Shown here: positions 36,830-48,664 of the stretch, piece by piece
How positions within the stretch are numbered: the stretch's first letter is position 1
Layout of the letters: every line of letters begins with the position of its first letter
Source: Tubulanus polymorphus
Lineage: Eukaryota; Animalia; Nemertea
Assembly (NCBI RefSeq): GCF_964204645.1
Contig: NC_134029.1
Coordinates: 18,098,950 to 18,162,949, forward strand
DNA: 64,000 bases
Direction of reading: 5' to 3'
Made by a program: the position numbers and the translations under genes
The notes under the pieces: model-generated
Databases searched by the model: none
What the model was told of the DNA's origin: nothing
The model's input: only the letters and a program-made list of their open reading frames with translations

Positions 36830-38020
36830 GAATGGAAACTGATTATGATCCGTTCGCGGATAGTGACACATCTGAAAGTGATATGGATGGTTAGGATTTA
36901 TAGTTATCTATCGTTTCGTATTACTGAATCTATTTCTAATTACAATTTGACTCAATTTCAGTCGATGCACCGGAGAAATCGACTCCGACAAAAAAAAGTC
37001 AAAGTGACTCCGTTGAAGAAATCTAAGTCGACTCATGATTAACCAATCGAATCAATGGTCCTGGCCCGGTCTGGCCCCTGCTCCGGCCCCTGTAAATCCG
37101 TCGCGTGAAAGAAATCCCGACTGGAATGAATTTGAGTATGCTATCCCTCCCGAGAAATTTGTGTCGTACGCGCATGGAAAAAGCTCAATTGAGATCATGA
37201 ACGTCATGAAATTGACCTGCCGATTCATTGCAAAATCATCTACTAACACTGATTTTATAACGTTTATCTCAGGAAATTCGATGGAAGTGATTACCATATA
37301 TCATATTGCCACAATGAGATTGCATGTATGTTTGTATGCTACCTTTTATTTCCAGCTTTTGATTGCAACGACCGTCGAAGCATTGAAGCGCCTAGATAAG
37401 CATCTCAATAAGGTGGATCGTACCATATGCCCTCGCGTCATGGAAACGCCGATGGCCCATTACAGCAAGGAACGGACATCGTTCAATTTTGATAAACTGT
37501 TATTATTTTCAGTCACGCAAATTGACATGACGGACGACACAAAGCTTTCAGATGCGGAGCAAAGATGGACACGATACAACGAAGTTTGTAAGTTATAATA
37601 ACAGTCACCTTTCAATCTGTAGCAACTTACTATATATGATACATTGCAAAACGAACATATTTTAGTATGCGAAGTATAGAAGTTAGTGTTTTTGTTCGTT
37701 CAATGGTTTTACTCTTTGTGCGTTATTATTCACTCATGTTCCACTGTAGAAATCGACGATGAATACATGTTTGATTTCGAAGGGAAAAAACGCAAAGCAA
37801 AGTAGGCATTAGCCTAATTATTTGATCTTTTATTGTGAAAAACCTTTTGAAAACGCTATATTTCTTCAGCGTGTGCAACACGCCTGCCCGGTGTGCGCCA
37901 AACAAATAACACAAATGCCCGAGCATCTACGTAACAAGCACCATTGGGACAGAGAAACATCAAGAAATTGGCAAAGATTGGATGGCACATCCGGAACAGC
38001 GGCTCGTGCGAATCTGTGAG
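36830..38020 (+). pseudogene. Multi-exon unknown gene remnants: TPxKK/PAPAPV/PDWNEFEYA exon and a CPVC..HL..H zinc-finger exon
   Basis: Several TTTCAG acceptors; peptide similarity to 6545-6751; CPVCAKQITQMPEHLRNKH in ORF 37822-38019. Confidence 0.5.
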
Positions 38021-38414
38021 GCAAACATTGCAAGCTGAAGCAGTGCGAACATTGACATTTGTTTTTTCTGTCAGCTGGGCGAACACACTCGTTGCAAGCC
38101 AGGTAGGTGAATGAAAGTTTTGACGATCTTTGCAAGTGGATTTAGGCATGAAATAACATGTTTTTCTCTATTTTCTTAGTCGACCCCGATGACGAAAAAG
38201 AAAAAACAACATAGTATGTTTTTTTTCTACGTCAGGCACCAAACCACCATTCCTTTGCATGTAAAAGTAAGAAATCACAAGTTCTCTGGGGTTTAGACCA
38301 TCAATAGGAACCAGATCCATTTTGATTATATTTTTACACGTTTACTAAATAACTTTTTCAATGATCACAATTATCTCTTAATACGTGTATAATTATCTCT
38401 TATACGTATATATC

Positions 38415-38765
38415 GACCCAATTTAAATCGAATCGACCCAATTCTAAATAGGGTTCTACCCCAAGTGATATCCTACTTGTGTACCAAGTTTTAAAACAAT
38501 CGGTCAACAATTGCGGCCTCAAGGCTGTTAACGTCATTTTTCATGTCGGCCCCGTGGTGGCCATAATTTAAATCGAATCGACCAAATTTTAAATAGGGTT
38601 CTGGCCCAAGTGATATCCTACTTATGTACCAAATTTGAAAACAATCGATCAACAATTAGGGCCTCTAGACTGTTAACGTCCCTTGCGGCGGCGGCGGCGG
38701 TGTATACAGACAGGGGTAAATCTATATGCCCCCTCTCAACTAAAGTTGAGCCGGGGGCATAATAA
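38415..38765 (+). mobile_element. Helentron-associated (HINE/DINE-like) non-autonomous element, 3' part
   Basis: Two ~147-bp internal repeats (AATTTAAATCGAATCGACC), a (GGC)n microsatellite and terminal hairpin TATGCCCCC-tCTCAACT-aa-AGTTGAGcc-GGGGGCATA followed by ATAA. Confidence 0.7.
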
Positions 38766-39286
38766 CTACACACTGAACGCTTGGAATTAAACCAACACTC
38801 ATTCATTTCACAGTGGAACGTACACACACAGGCATATGGACATGCAGACACACGAAAGAAAATAAGTACAGTCAGAATTCCAGGTAGATATTGTTAATTT
38901 GTTATTTAAAAAAAACAAGTCAGGGATCATTTTTGTAAGGATCATTTCCCTTCTAAGTAGATTTTGACAACTTGCGACTGCAATATGCAATTTCTGCCTA
39001 ATATCTTACCAGTACTGCCGACTGGTTCTACGGTACGTGTCGAGACTAAGTACATGGTTCTTGAGTAGTTAATTCAATCAAAGCTATAAGATAAACATGG
39101 AAAAACTTTACTTAATTAATAGATACACCACAGGCCTGTCTTAAAATGTAAATTATTCATTCGTTACATATTTCAGAATGGTGGTTTGGCATAGATGTCG
39201 TAGTAGTTTCCACAAAACTCATCGCTTGACACATCACCGACTTCCGTCATTATTATCTTCGGAGAAAATGTATTGAACAACAGCAG

Positions 39287-39507
39287 TTGTACAAGAAGAC
39301 AGAACGAGAAGCACTGTGCGGTTTGAATAAAGTAGTAACCTCAACAACGCTGTCAAAAAGGAAACACGTATGTAAATATTGCGACAGATCGATATTTAAC
39401 ATGTCACGGCATCTTGAAGAATATCACCGAATGAAAAAACAGTGGGCCATCATTTATTCTAAATCAATGATCCTAACAACACATTCACCCAATGACGTTC
39501 ACACTGG

Positions 39508-39541
<34 letters not shown>

Positions 39542-40862
39542 ACTACTGGTAAAAGCAGTTGCGACATCAAGGTGCCAAAATTATATCGTTGTCCTGTCGC
39601 CGGCTGTGAAAATATACAAATAGGGCGCCATGTTCGAGGTACAAGGCACAACTTCAAATTGTCCGACGAACATAACATTCGTTTTATGAAATTGAAACAT
39701 CTCTTTTAGATTAGTAATGACCATAGCAACGAGACAAACTCATCACAGGTGACGGCCGAAACAATGACACAACACAGTTCACCCTAACCGTGTCTATCGT
39801 CGATATCATTGTATGAAGTACGACAACAGGAGCAGCAGCAAGAGCAGCAGCAGGAGCAGCAGCAGCAGCAGGAGGAGCATTCTGACATGTCCACAGAAGA
39901 TGATGAAAATACCCAAACAACAAGAGTTTCTGATGAAATTAAAACTGAACTGAACAGTTTCGGAAAATGGCTGGGCAGTTTTGCTGGAGGTGACAAAAGT
40001 GAAACGCAGTGAATTTGGAAATGATTTTCGATCATGTGTAGTAATTGATTGTTTAACAGATCTGGAATAAGGTCATTTGCAACACATGCTGAAACACAAG
40101 GAAGTGAGCAGGGTAAACAATTACCTTTTGAGTTTCTCACAATTCATAGTATGGGCCAAGAACAAAAAATGCCCATGGTTACCTGAGGACACTGCTTCAG
40201 CGATTGATTATCAAGTTCGAGCATGGAATAAAACGTTGCAGAAGCCAATCGAAAAACGTAGGCTAGTGCTTTGACTGTTGAACAAATCCAGATGTACCTG
40301 AAAGGAGAACGTGTCCGATCTGCAATGGATATTGTGATGAAAGCTGCAAACGGCACCCTTGAGACACTGTCAAAATCTCAGCATACAAACATACGTAATC
40401 ATATTATTTTGCTGATAATCTTTTCAAATGGTGCACGTGCAGGATCGATAATAAACATGACTACCGACGTGTTTGATATAGCACGAATTAATATACACAA
40501 CGGGCGCCATGTGATTAATGTATTACAGCACAAGACACAATCAGTGTACGGCGCAGCACAGTTAAGTTTGAATGCCAATGATTTTGCTTTACTTACAACT
40601 TACGTAGATATAATCAGACCAAAGATACCTACTCTTCGTAAAAACACACCGGAAATATTCGTATCATGGACTGGAGAAGTAATGAATCAAAGCAAACTGG
40701 CCAATGAAATCACACGGGAATTATGCTGCAGTACAGATAGAAAAAATTTCAGGACCAGTTGTACAATTGTAAGAAAATCTATCACTTCGATCATCTTGGC
40801 ACTTGATCTAGGAGTTGATACGAATAAAAACCTCGCCTCTCTGCTGAAGCATTCTGAAACCA
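39287..40862 (+). pseudogene. Tyrosine recombinase paralogue C with N-terminal zinc fingers and poly-Ala/poly-Gln tracts; broken just before the catalytic Tyr
   Basis: CKYC..HL...H, CPVAGC..H; RNHIILLIIFSNGARAG, QHKTQSVYG, IFVSWTG, CTIVRKSITS, LASLLKHSET. Confidence 0.85.
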
Positions 40863-41824
40863 GAAAGAAACTTTCCATGATGGGTTTCTGTGTAATTGTT
40901 TCTGTTTCATTCACCGAACTCGCTGTCAAAAAGGCGATTCTCGATATAAATAGTAATGGGTTTTCCCCGCGGGATACCCGCTTTGGGAAAGGCACCTGAA
41001 TCGATGCTACGAGTTCGAATCCTAATATTTAGACGTAATTTATTATTCTTTGAAATAAATTCTTAGAATTTCTATTTATGATAGGATGTGCAGGTTTTGA
41101 TTTGGTAATGATGTTAATAAAAGTTAACCTCTTAAGGTATTGTTTTCTATCTATTATTTGTGACGGATTAGTTTCGATGCTCCTTACAACCCGCCCCACC
41201 ACGTGTCACTTATTCACGGACGCGCGGATTGTATCATTTGTAATAGGTCTACCACATGAAAGAGTCCATGGCCTACCGTAGAATAGTAGGGCATACCGAT
41301 CACGCTATGTGCGATGAAAGTAGTGTTTGAATAAAACAAATTTTTAATGAAATAAACATTATTTATCATAATTAATCAATAGATCAGGTGCCGCCTAAAT
41401 AATTGTTTGTTTCGTGAAATTTGTACAAAACTTTGCGACTTCGTCATGTCTTGTGACCCTGAAAATACTAGAAGAATCATCGGTAAGCTTATAAAACGGC
41501 GAGGTCAACATAGTAACAACAACTTCGGGGATTGAAAAAAAAAACTCGAAAGAATTATTTTTTATACTGATGAGTTATACTGATGGGGAGTAGCGACCGT
41601 CATTGACACCGGTTATTTATCCATTCACTATCAAATGTGACGAGCCCAATAAATGATTGCGCATAGATTCGGCCTCTCAGCATTTAGCACAGCAGTTCCG
41701 AGAAGTGTTAAGACCAATCAGCACGCGCGCTATCTAAAACCGGTGCTAGTACGATCAATATCTACAGGTATATACGTGTTCAGTATAACACAGCGAGTAC
41801 CAGTATGTTGATCGAGCGTCGTCG

Positions 41825-42436
41825 TAGCAAATGACGACAACGACGAAACCCATCAAAAATGCGAAAAACGGTGTACAACACGGACACTCAGATTTGAAAA
41901 TGGCCAAAACCAGTGCTATAGTTGAAAAGATAATGCACGGCGAACACATAAGCGATGATGATATCATTAAGAGCGGCAGCGGCGCCAGTGCAGACTCGCT
42001 GCTACCAGCGATGTAGAAACAACAACAACAACTGAAACAACCACAGACGACGAGCATGAACAACAACAACAACAACAACCAGTCGAAATTTATCATGATC
42101 ACGAAATAGAACGTGCTGCCAACAACACCATTGAAAACAAACCCATCCACTGCTGCTGCCACCGAAAAAACAGACGATGGACCAGTTGCTGCCAGTAGTA
42201 CAAGAAGTATGCCGCCTAATATTTCATGACCAGAATCAACACGAGGTGCCTTGATGAGAGGTTTTGCTAAAAATATTGAACAGAAAAAGATATTAGGACA
42301 CCAGGTTAAAGAAATTCTGAATACAGATCCAGACTTATTGAAACTCGTTGAAAATTACACCAAAACGACAAACTTGCAAAGCAATACTAAAAAAGTATAC
42401 GATGTTGTTCGATCATTTTATAGGTATAAAAAATAA
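41825..42436 (+). pseudogene. Probable C-terminal part of the YR protein (low-complexity linker plus small helical domain)
   Basis: Co-oriented ORFs 41831-42016 and 42251-42436 ending KKVYDVVRSFYRYKK*; link to the YR is inferred. Confidence 0.45.
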
Positions 42437-42879
42437 ACCTCACTAGTAAGTTAATGTTGTCAGTAGAAATCTGCAGCATATCTGCACTGAACTTGAGTTA
42501 GTGGTTGGTACTTGTTATATTTACCGCGCTGATAACTTATAAAAGTTTATGTATATACATTATAATTGGCTGGAAGCGCGACTATAATCTGAATCTAAGT
42601 ACTATTATTCAAGCATCTTATAAGTTAGTTTAGAGACATTCATTCGTGTCCCGATGTTGAAAAAAGTGACGTTTTAGTTGGTAACGATCAATACAAATCA
42701 ATTTTATTGAACAAATTTTTTTTTTCTCGGTATACCCTTTTTTTTCGATAGATTACATGCTACTGTATATTCCCTAGTAATCTCAGAACGTTAGGTACCC
42801 TAGAAATATTTCTTTTGGTCCCCGAAAATAGCAATTATTGGGGTTTTGGGCCCTGGAGCAGCCCGCAGCTTTTCTAGAG

Positions 42880-43065
42880 AGACCCTGTGTTGAAATTCTG
42901 TAGCAGTAAACTCTTAGGAAGGATAGGAAACAATCTGAAATGGGGTGATGAATCGCAACGTTTACCCTGGTGGCCAAAAAATCAGCGTGATATACCATTT
43001 GCAGAAGCTATACGCAAAGTTTGTGGAGCTGCATATCAGTTCCATGAAGTATCTCAACTAACCCG
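42880..43065 (+). pseudogene. Fragment with an NRF1/Ewg DNA-binding-domain-like motif
   Basis: LKWGDESQRLPWWPKNQRDIPF resembles the WG...PxWWP...PW signature. Confidence 0.4.
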
Positions 43066-43091
43066 TAAGCGGTTTGTTTATATAATATTTA

Positions 43092-45100
43092 CAGTAAAAC
43101 CTCCCTTAGTGAACACTTTTTGCCCAGAACCAAATTTTCCCTATTCATTTTCAATTAAACAGAACCTCCATTTAGTGAACACCTCTCTATAGTGAACAGT
43201 GAACACTTTTTCTGGTACCAAATGAGCATTTTACCTCTCTATAGTGAACAGTGGCACCATCCCAGAATGGCTAGACAGTCAAAATTTGCTAGTAGACTCA
43301 TTGTTATCAGTATAGGTGTTCATCATATACCATATGATCATAACTCATGGTCATTCAATGGCTATTTGTCTCGAATAGTCCTTAGGCAGTTACTAATTAG
43401 GTTAATTTGTGACTATAATTATGAATGGGCAGTTGTTATTGTTAAATGAATACTTTACTCTGAATGTTTGTTAAACTGAATTATGATAACAATCCTTGGA
43501 TCATGTGTAGCAATGTATTGACTAAATTTTCTTAAATCAAAAGGATTTACAAAAATTCAATTTAAGCTTAATTAAGTAATCACTATCGTTTGATCATTTT
43601 GAATTAGCTATGTGTTGACTAATTTTTCTTAAATCAAAAGGATTTGCATAGGCCTAACTACATATTAGTTTGCTCCATGGCATATAAATAAAGCTATATG
43701 ATGGGAATTTTTCATATGCCAGTATGGCACCTAAGCGAAAGATTCTTACTCTGAAAGAAAAGTTACAAGTTCTGAACGATATTGGTTCTACAAGTCAAAG
43801 AGGGTTAGCTGAGAAACATGGTATCTCTCTTGGTGTAGTCAGCAATATCGTCAAACAGAAACGAAAGATTGAAGAGCTCTGTGAAGACAACATTGCTCAA
43901 GATAGAAAGAGAATGAAGATTCAAGCACATGAAGACCTTGATAAGCTTCTTTATGACTGGTTCACCATTGCCAGATCAAAGAACATACCACTATCAGGAC
44001 CAATACTTCAAGCTAAAGCGTTAGATTTCGCAAAACGGCTGGGGAAAACAGACTTCAAAGCATCAAATTGTTGGCAGGAGAAGTTTTTAGCAAGGCACAA
44101 CATAAGATTTAAAATCCTGAGTGGTGAAAGTGAGAGCGTCAACCTAGTAACCGTATCAACGTGGAAGGAGAGATTAGGTGACCTGATAGATGAATATAAC
44201 GCCGATGATATCTTTAACTGTGACGAGACTGGGCTATTCTTTAAAGCACTACCAACAAGATCAATGGTAGCCAAGACTGACAGGTGCCATGGTACCAAAC
44301 TCTTCAAAGACAGAATAACAGTCTTGTTATGCAGTAACATGTCTGGAACTGACAAGCTCAAGCCTCTCATAATTGGTAAAAGTAAACGACCAAGATGTTT
44401 CAAAAACACCAATATGGACAGGCTACCGGCAATATGGCGAAATGAAATAAGAAAGCCTGGATGAACACAGAAGTGTTCAAAGAATGGTGCAACCAGCTGA
44501 ATAAGAGGATGAGGCGACAGAAACGGAAGATTCTTCTCTTTGTTGACAATGCACCGAGCCATCCTGATATGACGATGACAAACATCAAAGTCAAGTTCTT
44601 TCCAGCCAACTGTACATCACATTTACAACCAATGGACCAAGGTATCATCAAAGCTATGAAGATGGGATAGAGGAAACTGATGCTGCAATAGATTCTCGCC
44701 AAGATGGATGAGGTGAATTCAGTACAGGAACTGGCTAAGGCAGTAACAGTGAAGGATGCCCTATACTGGACATGTCAGGCGTGGGATTCTGTTGATGCCG
44801 AAACAATCCAGAAGTGCTACTCTCGATGTGGATTTGAGTTGTTCGATGGTTTTGCGAGTGATTTCGATGATTTAGATGAGGAGGATTCAGTTGTAACCAG
44901 TTTTTCTGATATCATAGATCAGGATTATCTTAGTGCTGTGCGTGAAATTTACTGTTTAACTGACTGTGACTCTTTGTCTGCCGATGATTATCTTAGTTTG
45001 CCACATGAGAATGACTTTGATACGGCATCAAATGTGAAACAATGGGAGGAATATTTAGTATCCAACTATGAAGCCAATTCAAAGGACTGTGATCCACCAA
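43092..45100 (+). mobile_element. Tigger/pogo-family DNA transposon, frameshifted, right end missing
   Basis: TA|CAGTAAAACCTC left end; ORFs 43724-44464 (HTH-psq, CENP-B HTH, IFNCDETGLFF, DRITVLLC), 44461-44670 (LLFVDNAPSH, LQPMDQGII) and 44704-. Confidence 0.92.
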
Positions 45101-45299
45101 ATCCACCATTTTTTTTCTTGGCGTTCTTGTACATGAACACATTGGATTTTTTCGCCAAAAAAATCAAAGGAATTAGAGATTTAAGGGAGTTATCACTCTC
45201 GTAACGGTAAGTGCGTTCGGTTTGGGGGCTATCCCTTGTTTCTATTTTACCGTAATAATTTTACTAATATAATTTAATTGAATTTATCATTGTGACCGA

Positions 45300-45540
45300 A
45301 ATAATTATGCCGCCTCCTCCTAAGGGTCAACATGGTGGCGGGAGGGATGTGGGCATTTGTTCGGTGCCTGGGATGATCACGGTTGGTGTGCATCGTGCAG
45401 GCGTAAATCTGGACAAATCGGTGCAAGGACTAATCCTTGCAAGATTTGCGAGGTTTGGTCCGAGGTCCTTTGGATTTGGGCCGATAAGGCTCGGAAGCTA
45501 AGAGATCGTCGTCGAGTTAATAGTACCATAAAACCATAGG
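45300..45540 (+). pseudogene. Cys/His-rich N-terminal fragment, possibly DIRS-type gag
   Basis: DDHGWCASCR...PCKICEVWS pattern. Confidence 0.4.
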
Positions 45541-45559
45541 AAAGGGTACAGTACTCACT

Positions 45560-46183
45560 CAATACATGATCAGCAAGGAATATACCTCCAGCTTGTAAGA
45601 GACATCCAAACAGGAGATGTAAAGGCCTACCAGAATTTCCCTGTGTGACAGCAGATCGATTTGTGCAGATACAGGATAGAATAGCCCCTTAGATCGAAAA
45701 AGAAGACACCAATTTTCATAAAGCAGTTACCGTCGATGAAAGACTGGCAGTAGCACTGAGATTTTCTAGCAACCGGAGGTTATTTCACTGTACATTGTAC
45801 TATACTTTATTTTACTTGGAAAAACACATTTTATCAAAAATTTATCCAATTTTCAAATGCAAATGTATAATCTTACAGTTTAAAATCATACCAGAGTATG
45901 TAGTGTTTAACTCATATCACACATAAACGAATACCCGGTACATGGAAAATAACATGATTGTTTAAAATCTGAAATACAAATGGGACATATAAAAAAAATT
46001 CTTAATACAAAAATATCTTTGCAGGTGAATCGTACAAATCTATGTCATATGCTTTCAGACTGGGTGCAACAACCGTAGGTGAAATAATTCCAGAGACATG
46101 TGACGCAATTAACGCAAGCATGAAAGACGAATTTATGAAGGTGAATAGCAAATAAAGGAGCTTTACCTGGTTAAAATAAATTC
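45560..46183 (+). pseudogene. PIF/Harbinger transposase N-terminal (HTH) exons
   Basis: DRIAP.IEKEDTNFHKAVTVDERLAVALRFLATG|intron|ESYKSMSYAFRLGATTVGEIIPETCDAI. Confidence 0.85.
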
Positions 46184-48660
46184 CTTACAAAATTCCTTGT
46201 TTTGGCTATGATAAAATTTACTTTGGAGAAACTGGTCGTGATTTAAAAACTCGAATTTCGGAACACAAAAAGGATATAAATCAAAAACCGGCTAGTGGCG
46301 TAGCCAATCACGTTTGGAACACTGGTCATCGTTTTAATTTTGATAAAGCCGAAATTATTTATACTTCCAGCAATTACACTAAACGCCACATAGTTGAGTC
46401 TGCCCTAATTACTCGTCACTCAGATATTAGTACCAATTTAAATCATGGCTTTTCCCCGCATAATTCCCTTCTTTCTAAGTATATTACTTCATGCCATGCC
46501 AAACACTAATTATTTACTCACTCACCAATTTACTCAATTAACCTGTCCTCCTCTGTATATATACCCCTGTTTTTAGTCTATTTCTCACACCTGACGATGA
46601 TCTCTAGGGTGAGATCGAAACGTCGTGTCTTTTATATATTTTAGATTTAATAAATAAATTCTGGTTTTTAAATTCTTTTAATCTGTAAATAGTGGGATTT
46701 TATCTTATTATCCGTGAGTGTGGTCATCGTTCTATTATGTTACCCACGGATTTTAATTTGGCTTTGAAATTCTTATTCATAACCTTTCCTCAGTTGATCT
46801 TTGCTTTTCGAAAATACGAATCTGCTGCTTATAAAGCTCACAAATCCAAAGAAAACTTCATATTTCCTCAAAAATGTCTCCAAGAACAGGTTATTCCTAA
46901 ATCTCTGAATGGGTTGAATAAATTAAAATCAGATCAACCATTTTCCAATGAAGCAGCATCTCATCTAAGACATTGCATTTTGGAAGCAAAAGAAACTACC
47001 AACTCCAATTTCTATAAAATGCGACAAGCAGAACGTTTTCTCAGACACCATATACCTGATGGTTTCCTTTGGCACTCTCTCCTCATTCAGGCATCAAGAA
47101 TCTTGGCGCGGCACATCGTCTAAAGAAAAATTCGCATTTCTCTTCCATTCTGAATAAATTAATCGACAACAGCCCTTGGACCAAATTTTGCGCTACTGAT
47201 AATGTTGTCAATCTATCTTCGGCTAAATTAACCAAAACACAAATTAAAGTTCTCGGTTTAGGATTAAATTTCTCTCTCCCGCATAAAAAACAACACATTT
47301 TGGATTTCGTTGAACGTATGGAAAGATCTCCTCCGGCTAGTTTTCAATACAATTTTATATTCATGAATTTGGACACCATTTGGAATACCCTTCAAGGTCA
47401 ATCTAATCAGTTCTTTCCTCGGAGATTTTCGATTTCTCTCCAGGAACTAAAATCCATCAAAACCATCCGCATCTCCAAGGCTGATAAAGGCGGCAAAATT
47501 GTTATTCAAGATTTGATCAATTACAATTCTAAAATGTTTGCTATTTTCGGTGATTCCAATTTCTACAAATCCATCAAAAACAACCCTTTGAAAAAGATGC
47601 AATCGGCTTTTAATTTAGGTTTAAAAAACATCTCTAAGAAATTTCCTGACCATTCAGACTTCATCTCCAAATTTAACTCTCGGCTTCCAAATCTTCCTTA
47701 TGCTCATGGTCTTCCCAAAATTCATAAACCCAATTCACCGTTAAGACCGATCATTTCTAATATCAATTCTCCATCATATCGGCTCTCCAAATATCTGGCT
47801 GAAGTACTCTCCCCGGCTTTGGGTACTTTTTTCTGATTCTCACATTCGGCACAATATGTATCTTTTAGACAAACTCAAAAATCTCAAACCTAATGGACAA
47901 AAATTTATATCTTTCGAAGCTGTTTCCTTGTTCACTAATATACCATTGGAACAAACTCTCAATTTCTTTGGACTCCAATCTTGATCTCCCAATTCCTGTA
48001 GAATGTTTACTTGAACTTTTGGAACTCTGTACAACCAATTTATATTTCCAATTCCAAGACAAATTCTATGAACAAATTTTCGGTTTCGCTATGGGTAACC
48101 CATTATCCCCGATTTTGGCTAATCTTTTCCATGAACACTTTGAATCCGAAATTCTCCCTAAGTACGCTGGCTCTAAACCTAACTTTTGGATTAGATATGT
48201 TGATGACATTCTGTGCTTAGTTTCTGATAATTTTGATCTTACCTCCTTTATCGACTTCATCAACTCCCAATATCCATCTTTGAAATTCACTTTTGAATGG
48301 GAACAAAATGACCAAATTCCGTTTTTAGATGTTCTAATTCACAATAAATTTTCTCATTTGATTTTCTCAGTCTACCGTAAACCTATCAACGCCGAGGCAT
48401 ACCTTCACTTCTTTTAGTTTACTACCAAATCAATCAAAATTGGTCTCGGTCAAGGCCTCTTTCTCCGTGCACTACGGATCTGCGATGAAACCTTCCTTTC
48501 GGCTGAATTTGACCATATATCCAACTCTCTTAGAAAATTGGCTTACCCTGATCACATTTTGAAAATCGCTATTTCTAAGGCTAAACGTACTTTCTTCAAT
48601 TCTAAACCTCCAGAAAATAAAAAAACACATATCAGAGTTCATTGTAGTTCCGTATGTACC
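46184..48660 (+). mobile_element. PLE family 2 (Penelope/Poseidon type) in partial-tandem form: GIY-YIG tail, pLTR with hammerhead, then 3'-truncated RT ORF
   Basis: YKIPC...IYFGETGRDLKTRISEH at 46186-46270; VVNLSS..L.LGLNFS, KADKGG, GLPKIHKP..PLRPIIS, GFAMGNPLSP, WIRYVDD, IPFLDV. Confidence 0.93.
46587..46628 (+). ncRNA. Minimal type I hammerhead ribozyme (GUC cleavage site)
   Basis: ACAC-CTGACGA-T-GATCTC(tagggt)GAGATC-GAAA-CGTC-GTGT; TATA-like TATATATA about 30 bp upstream. Confidence 0.9.
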
Positions 48661-48664
48661 TGAC

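Noticed and set aside
39506-39875. (GCT)n and (CAG)n tracts as separate elements
   Set aside because: In-frame poly-Ala and poly-Gln low-complexity stretches within the YR-C N-terminus.
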